Shown: positions 39,868 through 50,700 of the stretch, one piece after another
Layout of the letters: every line of letters starts with the position of its first letter
How positions within the stretch are numbered: position 1 is the stretch's first letter
NCBI GenBank assembly: GCA_038087875.1
Contig: CM075997.1
Span: 2,110,001 to 2,174,000 of the forward strand
Direction: 5' to 3'
Source of the DNA: Malacoraja senta
Lineage: Eukaryota
DNA length: 64,000 nt
Translations under genes and position numbers: made by a program
The notes under the pieces: model-generated
The model's input: only the letters and a program-made list of their open reading frames with translations
Database searches by the model: none
What the model was told of the DNA's origin: nothing

Positions 39868-41729
39868 CACTGTTTAACATCAAATTTGGAGGTGAGGTGA
39901 AGCATTTTAATATACTAGATTGTGAATGTTGATGTTTCATTTTTTCATGAGCATATGAAATAAGAGTGGATCACTTGAATATGCCCTGTTTAGGATTATG
40001 GTTATAAAATCATGATCATAACTTCTATTCTGCATTCCCATCAAGTCAAGGTGACCCTTTACCCCCTTATCAGGATTGTATCTACCTCTGGGTTAAAGAT
40101 ACCCAGAGGTCATAGCCTCAGAATTAAAGGACGTTCTTTTAGGAAGGAGAGGAGGAGAAATTTATTTAGTCAGATGGTGGTGAATCTGTGCAATTCTTTG
40201 CCACAGAAGGCTGTGGAGGCCCTCATTGGATGGATTTAAGAGAGAGTTAGATAGAGCTCTAGGGGCTAGTGGAATCAAGGGATATGGGGAGAAGGCAGGC
40301 ATGGATTATTGATTGGGGACGATCAGCCATGAACACAATGAATGGCGGTGCTGGCTCGAAGGGCCGAATGGCCTCCTGCACCTATTTTCTATGTTTCTAT
40401 GGATATTTTTAAGGCATAGATAGATTCTTGATTACTACAGGTATCAGATGTTATGGGGAGAAGGCAGGAGAATGCAGTTAGGAGCGAGAGATAGATCAGC
40501 CATGATTGAATGGAGGAGTAGACTTGATGGGCCGAATGGCCTAATTATACACCTATCACTTGTGACCTTTTGGGCCACACTGGGAGTAGTACTGAAGTCC
40601 TCCCAAAATTAGTGGCTATTGCTAACCAATTGTACAGGTTTTCATGACTCCAGCTAATGGATGGCAGGCCAGAAACCAAACGAGCAGTGTTGATCTCGTG
40701 TTCAGATGGCTAGATTGTTACACTAAGATATTTGTAGTATATATCAGAGATTCCCAAAGTTTTTCTCTGTCTAATGTAAGAGCAGCAACTCAGCGGGTTG
40801 GGCGGCATCTCTGTAGAACATGAATAAGTGACATTTTCGGTCAGAATCCTCCTCCAGACCCGAAGCGTCACCTATCCATGTTCTCCAGAAGTGCTTCCTT
40901 GCTGAGATACTCTAACCAGCATGTAAAGTTCCTCTTTATTACCAGAGGATGTGTAGTTGTCCACTAACTCCAGCTCAAATCTATAATGATATTGTGGGAC
41001 TTCATTTGGCTTGTTATTCTGGCAATTACTTTATACTTTTTTGCTGGCTCTTTGTGGCAATTAACACATTACTGCTTCATCAATTATTTAAGAATAAACT
41101 TGGAAAATGTAGTTGGCCTATATATCAACAACGAGAAGACTGTGTATTCGCAGGCCTTTAGTGAGGACAGAATTAGAGTTAGGGATGCATTGAGCCTGTA
41201 AATACTTTACCAGGTCTCGTTGTTAATTCTGTGGATGGAGAGTAGGTGAAATTCATAAGGAAGATAAGTGGTTCAGCAAAATAGCTGATTCCCCTCACCA
41301 ATCTTAAACTTTGGAAAACTTGTGAACTTGTGTCTTTCCATAAGAATAGTTTTTTTTTAATTTAACGCATTGTTCTTGATCCATGTGGATTGTTTCAGAA
41401 AACCTTCAGTCGTTTTGGAACAATGGAGGCTTTGCATTTGAGTATTAATTTGAGATGTGATACCTCACAACCTCCCAGTGGTCCTATGGACCAGAAATTT
41501 GACTGCTATGGTTGATTATTTCTTCTGAGAGTTTGAAAGTGACCAAATTATAATTGTTCTGACTAAGCATTGTTATGTTGGAGGTCATTTACCTAAAACC
41601 ATGGATGTGTTTCCCTCTCCAGAGATGCTGCCTGACCTGACTTTTTATTTCCTACTGATGCTCTTGCCCAACTACATTTCCCAGGCCACATTGTGTCCTG
41701 GCCTACATTTTCTAATATAAAATTTTTCT

Positions 41730-42433
41730 CTCTGATCGCCCTCGCTTTCGGTCGCCTCCTCCACGGAGAGGTGACTTTCTCCATGTCACCTCCCTCGCGG
41801 CCTAACGCCAAGGATTGGTGCCAGTCTTTCCTGGGGACGGGCCCGGAGCCTCAGCGGCGGGCGCAGCACGGACTTTTCATCGCGGAGCGGGCAAGCCCTC
41901 GCCAGGGGTCGGCAGAAGGGAGTGTACCGATCGCTGGCCCGCAGACTGTTACATCCTGAAGCCGTGGTCTGCGGAGCCTGGGATCCCTCGTTGGGGACCC
42001 CGGAGGAGAAGAGCTCCGACCGCCGGCCCGCGGCGTACAACAGCTTGAAGCCGCGGCGGGGACTTACCATCCGGAGCGGGATCCCTCGCCGGGGATCCCT
42101 GGAGAAGAGCTCCGACCGCCGGCCTGTGGCCTACGTCATCTTCAAGCATATCGTCTCCGGTAGGGAAGCACCGATTCGGGACTTAACTTGCCTGTACATT
42201 TGGCCGCCCGCAGCGGCGACTGCGGAGGTTTATAGTCCCGACCACGGGAAAAAATGGAGGAGGACTGACTGAACTTTGTGCCTTCCACCACAGTGATGAA
42301 TGCTGTGGTGGATGTTTTGTGTTAAATTTTTTTTATTGTGTATTGTGTGTTTTTTGATTGTACCGCTGCTGGCAAGTTCATTTCACTGCACTTCATTGTG
42401 TATGTGATGAATAAATCTGACTATTGACTACTA
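41730..42433 (+). mobile_element. GC-rich non-autonomous retroelement; related copies at about 12213-12645 (-) and 21626-22060 (-)
   Basis: Shared motif actttg/ttgccttcc..cacagtg...ctgtgg.ggatgtt, followed by a LINE-like tail with AATAAA and a short tandem repeat; no credible ORF. Confidence 0.6.
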
Positions 42434-42689
42434 CCTTTTTTAATAATCTCTGCTGCTGCGCTTGAATTCAGACTTCTTCTATTTTCATCACTGTTGAATT
42501 TACTTGCTAAACCTTTCTTGCCTTCATCTTAGAAGATGCTCCATACAATGCCACTGTGGATCATTTATTTTACTGATATCATCTGAATTAAATGTAGACA
42601 ATGCTGTACTCAACAGATCAGACTATGGATCAATGGAGAGAGTACACTTTTATTCTGGGGTGAACATTCATTAAAAGAGTAAAGCCCCT

Positions 42690-42893
42690 TGTAGATCAGT
42701 GCATGTTCCTTTAACATAGTGACCTCACCACTACTAACCACTCCCCATTGTCTCTCGTATAATTGTAAGGTCCCCACCTCCAGCCCGCTCTCTAGCTCCA
42801 GTGATGACCACGGACAGCTATTGCATAGTGTGTGTTAGTGATTATAATAAACCATCAGTAAAAGACTCTGTGTAGGAATCAAGTCATTTTACA
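42690..42893 (+). repeat. 5' LTR
   Basis: tgtagatcag...cattttaca; direct repeat of 45318-45521. Confidence 0.95.
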
Positions 42894-42990
42894 TGGTGTC
42901 ACAGCGGTAGACTCGCGTCTCCTGTTTATCGGTTTTCTTTTTTATTCTTTGCTTTCTCCCAGTTGTTCACGTCTCCCCCCCGTTTCCATT

Positions 42991-43197
42991 ATGTCCAACT
43001 CCTGTCGTCGACCTGACACTTTGGTCTTTGACACGGACATTGTCCACCGCTGGACTGTGTTCCAGCGCGACTTTGAACATTACACAGCCATCGCTCATCC
43101 TGATGCCACCCCTGCTGTGCAGGCTCACCTGCTGCTCAACCTCGCTGGCCCGGAGGCCATGGATCACTATGCTTCATTCGACTTCGCCCCCGGAGAG
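42991..43197 (+). pseudogene. Gypsy gag N-terminal fragment (MSNSCRRPD...LLLNLAGPEAMDHY...), truncated by deletion
   Basis: ATG about 100 nt after the PBS; the W..F.R.FE.Y and LLL.LAGPEA pattern is typical of Gypsy gag N-termini. Confidence 0.7.
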
Positions 43198-44900
43198 GGA
43201 GCTGATCAAGAAGGACTCCGCATGGGTCTGGCTCCCGCATCACCAGTCGGCGTTCGTGGCTCTGAAGTCCAAGCCCACACACACACCGACTCTCAAGTTC
43301 TTCGATCTGCACAGACCAATTGTCCTCACTTGTGATGCCTCTAAGTTCGGTCTCGGTGCCGCATGTCTGCAGCTTTATGACGGCCAGCAGCTACCTGTCT
43401 CCTACGCTTCTCGCACCATGACCCCTGCCGAGCAACGTTATGCCCAGATCGAGAAGGAGCTACTTGCCGTGGTGTTCGCCTGCTCCAAGTTTAAGGACTA
43501 CATTCTGGGCAACACCTTCACCATTGAGACTGACCACCAGCCGCTGGTCACTATTCTGAACAAGCCTATCCATGTCACCTCTTCCCGGTTGCAGCGGATG
43601 ATGCTGCAGCTCCAGCGTTTCACGTTCCGGATTGTGTACCGCAAGGGCAAAGATATGTTTGTGGCCGACACATTGTCCCGTGCGCCGCTCCCTTCAGTTG
43701 CCCGCCACCCGTACGAATCGTCTGACCTGATGGTACTGAACGTTAACATTGTTCCTTCCCAGCAGATGCAGTCCCTGGTCAAACACACTGCTGATGATCC
43801 TGCCCTGCAACAACTTGTGGACGTTATCCGCCGTGGTTGGCCTGACCGACGCTCTTCCCTGCCGGCTGGTGCCGTGCCCTACTTCCTGGTTCATGATGAA
43901 CTGGTGCTACACGACGGCGTGGTGGTGAAGGGTCACAAGGTCGTGGTGCCAGCCGCTCTGCGGGATCACTATTTTCAATCTGCACACAACGGCCACCCCG
44001 GGGTGGAGGCCACTTTGTCCCAGGCCCAGAGCCAATTCTACTGGCCAGGTATGGCTCAGGACATCCGTGACAGGGTCTCCGCTTGCGCTGCCTGTAACAG
44101 TCTCCTGCCTCATCAGCAGCGCCAGCCCCTCCTGCAGCAGCCAGCCCCCGAGCTACCGTGGATGTCTGTTGCCACGGACCTTTTCGAATGGCGTGGCAAG
44201 CACTTCCTGGTCCTGGTGGACTCATACTCCAGTTGGTTTGAGGTGGATCAGCTGCCTTCCATCACCTCTGCCGCCATCATCGGGAAGCTTCGCCGCCACT
44301 TTTGCACCTTCGGATCCCTGGTGACCCTCCAATCGGACAACGGCAGCCAGTTCTCCAGCGCCGGGTTCCGTGCCTTCGCTGCCCGTTGGAACTTTCGTCA
44401 CATCACCAGCAGCCCTGAGTATCTGCAGAGCAACGGCCTTGCAGAACGCGCCGTCCGCAGTGCCAAGGAGCTGCTGGAACACTGCCGCCTTTCACATTCC
44501 GACTTCTACCTTGCCCTCCTCAACCTCCGCAACATTTCCCGCGACCCCGCGCTCGGTTCACCTGACCATCGCCTCATGTCCCGCACCACTAGACCACCTC
44601 TCCCTGTCTCGCAACAGTCCCTCAAACCCTCGGTCCAGAACCCTGCTGCTGTCACAGAGCGCATCATCGAGAAGAAAGCCATCCAGAAGCGCTCCTTTGA
44701 CAAGTAGGCCCGGCCGCTTCCTTGCCTGTTCCCGGGCCAGGTGGTTCGGATGCAGTCCCCCTCCGGGCACTACAGGCTGGCCGTAGTGGTTGGTAATGCC
44801 GGCTCTCCCCGGTCATACCTCGTCGACTATGGGGGCGCTATCTACCGTCGGTCACGCCAGCACCTCCTGCTCCTCAACGAGCCTCCTCCGCCTCCCGTGG
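43196..44900 (+). pseudogene. Gypsy pol remnant: RT connection/RNase H plus HHCC zinc finger and DDE integrase; probable premature TAG at 44705-44707
   Basis: CDASKFGLGA, YASRTMTPAEQRYAQIEKELLA, TDHQPL, ADTLSR, H..GHPG, CAAC, TDLF, SDNGSQF, SNGLAER. The same frame continues past TAG as ARPLPCLFPGQVVRMQ...RRSRQHL. No protease or YxDD RT core is present. Confidence 0.9.
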
Positions 44901-45317
44901 ACCCGTTTCAGCCACCTATCCCTTCCATTCTGCCCGAGGCTCCGCCAGCCCGTCACTCCTCGCATGTCGCGGAAACTACCCTCCCAGCTCTCTATGCCCC
45001 GCGCTCACAAGCCTCTTTTCCCCTGCCTCGCCTGCCAGCGTGCCCGTTTCGCCTCGCTGTTCTCCTCCGTCTCCGGTTCGTTCCCCGCCTGGCTCTCCCA
45101 CCTCTGTCCCTGACTCTGTCCCTTCTGCTCCTGCGGTTGAGGGGGAATGCGGGTTGCGCACCCGCTCTGGCCGGTTGGTCAAGCCGCCTGTCCATTACGG
45201 GGAGCTCGCTTAGCTGTGTTATGACACGATTAACTGTTCCCGGCGCGGTTTGTAATCCTAGCGTATGAGCCGTGGTCGCTCTGTGTATTGCCATGCTTTT
45301 GTTTCCAAGAGGAGGGA

Positions 45318-45521
45318 TGTAGATCAGTGCATGTTCCTTTAACATAGTGACCTCACCACTACTAACCACTCCCCATTGTCTCTCGTATAATTGTAAGGAC
45401 CCCACCTCCAGCCTGCTCTCTAGCTCCAGTGATGACCACGGACAGCTATTGCATAGTGTGTGTTAGTGATTATAATAAACCATCAGTAAAAGACTCTGTG
45501 TAGGAATCAAGTCATTTTACA
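45318..45521 (+). repeat. 3' LTR
   Basis: Preceded by the polypurine tract; 202 of 204 nt identical to the 5' LTR. Confidence 0.95.
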
Positions 45522-45797
45522 CCCCTGTCCCACTGTACGAGATAATTCAAGAGTTCTCCCGAGTTTAAAAAAAATCTAACTCGTGGTAAGTACGTAGCAG
45601 GTACGTCGGAGCTCGGGACGTCTCTTAGCGGCTCGTACTCGGGAAACGCGGTAAACTCGTGAAGTTTTTTCAACAGTGTGAAAAATGTCCACGAGAGCAC
45701 CGAGTACCTACGAACGGCTATTACCATAATTCTCCGAGTTCGAATCGGGGAAACTCGGGAGAACTCTTGAATTACCTCGTACAGTGGGACAGGCCCT
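45522..45797. mobile_element. MITE (putative PIF/Harbinger type) whose left TIR is split by the Gypsy insertion (left stub 42683-42689)
   Basis: TIRs AGCCCCTGTCCCACTGTACGAG / CTCGTACAGTGGGACAGGCCCT; flanks TAA and TTA. Confidence 0.7.
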
Positions 45798-47132
45798 TTA
45801 CTTGAAACCTGGAATCCTGAGATTTTACATTTCAATTTTTATTTCAGATTTCTGACATCAGTAAACGTTAAAAAAATGTTGCTTTCCAAAATATTAAATC
45901 CTTTGGTGTCAAATAGTTTGATAACACTGTCATGAAGTTCCTTGTGTTTTATTATGAAAATATGGATTGGCTGGCCAAACATTTATATTGTGCCTTTCAT
46001 TTTGGTGTGTTTCTATACTGGTAGTACAACAGCATCAGTGTGGTACAAAAAGTGGTGGAGTGGCAAGATAATGTGGTGGATTTGTCCTGAGGGATAAAGA
46101 TGGAATGGAAGGATTCCATCCTTCAAATAGTAAGCTGGAACGTACAGAAGGGCTCTCATTTCAAATATGGTTTACTTGTCAACGCATTCTCCAAAATGTC
46201 TCTACAAAGACTAGGTTTGGTCAGATTGATTGCAGGGGTAGGAGGAAAGAAAGCTGAGAGTGGAGGGACGGGACAAAGCATGGCAGATCCGATTTCTTAG
46301 GTTAATTGTCCCCACTGTTGGTGAGTGGTAGAATCTGGGGAGCTGATGGAATGGGGTTAATGTAGAGTTAAGAGGATGTGGGTGTTTGATGGTGGGCAAG
46401 CACAGTGGTAGTTATTGCCTTACAATGCCAGAGACCTGGGTATGATTCTATGGATGCTGTCTGTTTGTTCTCCCTGTGACCACATGGGTTTTCTCTGGGT
46501 GCTCAGGTTTCCTCTCATACTCCAAAGATGTACAGGTTTGTAGGTTAATTGGCTTCTATAAATTGGCCCTAGTGTGTAGGATAATGCAAGTACACAGGGT
46601 GATCGCTGGTGGGCAGAAGAGCCTGTTGCCATGCTGTTCTCTCTAACATCTCTGGTGAAGGATGTGATCTTACAGCCTCAGACTCTGAAATAAGAATATT
46701 ATGAATTTTGCTGCATCTGATTGTAGTCTGACATTTCATAACTGTATTATGTTTGCACATAACGAGCATAATCCTGAATGCTACCTTTTTTTTGCAACAT
46801 GCTTTTGTATCAGTGCACAAACTACCACTTGCCTTACTGAAGGGCAAGCAGCAATGATGGCACAGTTTTATGATTTGAGGTATTGCACAAGGACAAACAG
46901 AAGATTTAGTAACATAGCAAGGGCAACAAATGCTTTAGCTCCATTTAACTTTTGCCCGAGGCAGACTGCATGGCTATTTCTTTCTAATGTTTGATCCTGC
47001 TATCCTTTGCCGAGCAAATAGTAGAATATAGATGAAACATTCCTAATTTAAATCCTGAAATGTGATTCCAATTCCAGAAGTAGATTAGACAGATCTTTCC
47101 AAAAAGTTGTATTTGAACAAATTATCACATGG

Positions 47133-47158
47133 TTTATTTTTAATGTGTAAAATTTATT
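47133..47158 (-). terminator. Two candidate AATAAA polyA signals for the small gene
   Basis: tttatt at 47153-47158 and 47133-47138 on the + strand, about 600 nt past the stop codon. Confidence 0.45.
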
Positions 47159-47745
47159 ATAGCAGATAAAAACAAGATAAAAACATCTTGTCTATTGAAG
47201 CAGTGACTGAAGTGGTTAATAACATTGCATTCTAATCATTACAACTATCTTCCCACTTTCTCCTTAAGTTCCACCTCTTGTTTAACAATCAAAACTAAAT
47301 CATTTAGGACTGCCACTTATCTTAATCTTTCTTCCATTGCATTATTTGCATTGACAAAATTGAGAGCCACTGGGGCAAGGCAATAGTTCAAGCCTTGGAA
47401 AGTTTTTAAATTTTAACATATTCCCTCTACAGGCTCTGAAAAATATTTTTGCGTTAACTTTAGTCAAAGTTTAGTAATTGAGGTTATAATTTTAATTTCT
47501 ACTATGCTTCTAGGTAATTAACAGTTAATAAAACTACTTTAAGATCTTGTACATAAAGATGCTGTTTAATGTTAATTATATGCACATCATTAATTACCCA
47601 GAAAGTTTAATGAAATAAAGTGGCAAGAAAGTAATTAACAAATATGTAGTAATATGGTAAATCTAAAATAGAGGATCACTTGGAAGCCAAGATACATGAA
47701 AATGAGCAGGGTCAGTCACCACTACCAACAGCGCTGTTGCCATTG

Positions 47746-47799
47746 TTATTTGCAGTCCTTATGCTTGTGTTTCTTCTGTTTTGGTTTCTTTTCTTTATG
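47746..47799 (-). CDS. Small Lys/Ser-rich gene, terminal exon (HKEKKPKQKKHKHKDCK*)
   Basis: tttttattcttacag|CAT...TAA. Confidence 0.8.
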   Translation of the reverse strand, partial: HKEKKPKQKKHKHKDCK

Positions 47800-50700
47800 C
47801 TGTAAGAATAAAAAGACATGTTTTGTTATACCCTGATCCTTCAGTTTTAGATAATGATAGAGAGCTCCCAGTGCTCCCTCAATTTCCAAAGGTCCTTTTG
47901 GTTCATATTGAAACTGCTACTATACCCATTTATAAGTGGCTTTCCTGGTTTGGAAAATAACTGCTAAACCGTAAAAGATTTTGTCATTAGCCCAAGTGTA
48001 TCCTTGCGTTCGATCCAGATCAGTGAAAACAAAAAATAGATGTCACATCATTCCAATATGCAGAATCTTCTTAAGTACTAACTTCACCCTGGGATTTTAA
48101 GACTAAACCTAACGTGCCATTGTATAGTTAATAGTCTAGCATTATTATTATTATTCCATATTTATTACCACTGTTCTATGGAGCAATAATAGCTGCTTCT
48201 CTTGCTCCACTTTAGCATCTATACAAACATACGAGTCCCAAGGCATGAGATTAAGAACCAAATGGGTTTGTTTCGAAGGATAAAAAATATATATCGGCAG
48301 ATTATTATTAAATGAGATTGAAAAGAGCTGCTGTCCTTTTACATGAATTAGGTAATGTGCAGGTGCAGCATCAATTTTGGAAGGCAAGCAGTATGCTGTC
48401 CTTTTATTGCAATAAAAATTAAATATCCAAATAAAAAGATGTCATAGTACAATTACATAGGACCTTGGTAAAGGTCTGGTCTCCCTACCCAAAGAAGGAT
48501 ATATATGGAGGGGGGAGGGGGGGGGGTGCAAAGAAGGTCAACCAGCTGTGTGTTAGGATGGCAAACTTGTTACAAAATAAGATTGGCAATTTTAAAGAGA
48601 GTGGGAACAGATTTAATGAGACCCTGATGGGCAACTTTTTCACTTGGGTGGTGGGAATATGGAATGAGCTGCCAGAGTAGAGAGTTAGAGCAGGTACAAT
48701 AACACTTGGACGGGTGCATAGACAGGAATGATTTAGAAGGATATTGAGCAACTGAAACTAGCTTAGCTTGGGCATCTTGGTTGGCATGGACAAGTTGGAC
48801 CAAGGGGCTGTTTGCAGGCTTCATGACCAGAGTTTCAATGATCAAATCTGAGCCCTACCGGATGTCCGTGTCCTTTCCCTTTCCCTTCATCGGAAGAACT
48901 GGAGCTCGAGCTGCTTGAGCTTGAGCTTGAGTCATCGCTCTGCAAACAAAGTAGAGAATTCAGTTATAGTTTCACATAACACATGGGTGAACTAGCTAAT
49001 TGGGTATACAACGATGGTTTAGCTTGATAGTTTAGTTTAGAGATTCAGCTGAGAAACCCTCCAGTGATCCCCGCACATTAACACTATCCTACACTGAAGA
49101 TCTCGGAGAAAATCCACACAGGTCACGGGGAGAACGTATAAATTCCGTACAGACAGCACCCGTAGTCGTGATCGAACCCGGGTCTCCAGCACTGCAAGGC
49201 AGCAACTCGACCGCTACGCCACCGTGACTGCCCGTGGTGGTAAAGATTTTTCAGACAGAAGTCTGATTAGCAGTATGCCTCAGGTCAGTGTTGGAACCAT
49301 TATGTTTGGACTCTCTCTAACTTCTACAGGTGCACAGTAGAGAGCATGCTGACAGGTTGCATCGTGGCTTGGTTCAGCAACTTGAGCGCCCTGGAGAGGA
49401 AAAGACTACAAAAAGTAGTAAACACTGCCCAGTCCATCATCGGCTCTGACCTTCCTTCCATCGAGGGGATTTATCGCAGTCGCTGCCACAAAAAGGCTGG
49501 CAGTATCATCAAAGACCCACACCACCCTGGCCACACACATCTCCCTGCTACCTTCAGGTAGAAGGTACAGGAGCCTGAAGACTGCAACAACCAGGTTCAG
49601 GAATAGCTACTTCCCCACAGCCATCAGGCTATTAAACCTGGCTCGGACAAAACTCTGATTATTAATAACCCATTATCTGTTATCTGCACTTTATCAATTC
49701 ATGTGTGTATATATTTATACAATGATATATGGACACACTGATCTGTTTTGTAGTAAATGCCTACTATGTTCTGTTGTGCTGAAGCAAAGCAAGAATTTCA
49801 TTGTCCTATCAGGGACACATGACAATAAACTCACTTGACTTGTCAAATGATATCAACAATTTGGATGAGAATGTACAAGGCAGGGTTAGTAAATTTGCAG
49901 GTGACCTAAAATAAGTGATACTGTGGCGACTTCATACTTCTTCCTTTACTTTCGCTCGTGAGATTTAGTGGATTCTACACAGTGGGAAAAAAATTATCAA
50001 AAATTACAGCGAGATCTTAATCAGATGGGTATGTTGGCCAAGAAATGGCATAAAGTGTATATATATCTGACGTGTTGCATTTAGGGAAGTCAAACCAGGG
50101 TGGGACTTTCACAATTAACAGTCCGACCCAGGGAAGTGTTGTTGCACTGAGGGACCGAAAAGAACAAGTGCTATCACAGCTAGATTAGGGTAGCATTGAA
50201 GGCTTTTACATGCTGGCCGTCATCAGTAAGAATGGTGTAGGAGTTGAAATGTCGTGTTCAGCATTGGTCACCCTGCTATTGGAACGCTGTAATTAATCTT
50301 CAAAGAGTACACAAAATATTTGAGGATGTTGCTGGGCTAGAGGGACTGAGATAGAAAGAGATTGCGCAGCCTATATCTTTATTTAATGGAGTGTAGGAAA
50401 GCGATGGTGATCTTTAGAGGTGTACGAGCCATGAGGGGCACAGATAGGGTAGATGCGTTGTCTTTTCTGCAGTGTAGGGGGAAATTGAGAACTAGAAGGC
50501 ATATGGTTTAAGGTGAGACGGAAGATATTTAATTGAAACCAGAGGGGCAACCTTTTCACACAGAGAGTGATAGGTACACGAAACAGGTTGCCAGAGAAAG
50601 TGTTTAAGAAGGAAACAGATGCTGGAAAATCGAAGGTAGACAAAAATGCTGGAGAAACTCAGCGGGTGCAGCAGCATCTATGGAGCGAAGGAGATAGGCA

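Larger units (their letters stand above)
42690..45521 (+). mobile_element. Ty3/Gypsy LTR retrotransposon, internally deleted (non-autonomous)
   Basis: 204-bp LTRs (TG...CA) with 2 mismatches; 5-bp TSD CCCCT (42685-42689, 45522-45526); PBS TGGTGTCA at 42894; PPT AAGAGGAGGGA at 45307-45317; gag fragment, RNase H and integrase. Confidence 0.95.

Noticed and set aside
41593..42272. Cluster of overlapping GC-rich ORFs (also 12291-12669 and 21686-22116)
   Set aside because: These lie in repeat elements where high GC content suppresses stop codons, and they show no recognisable domains.
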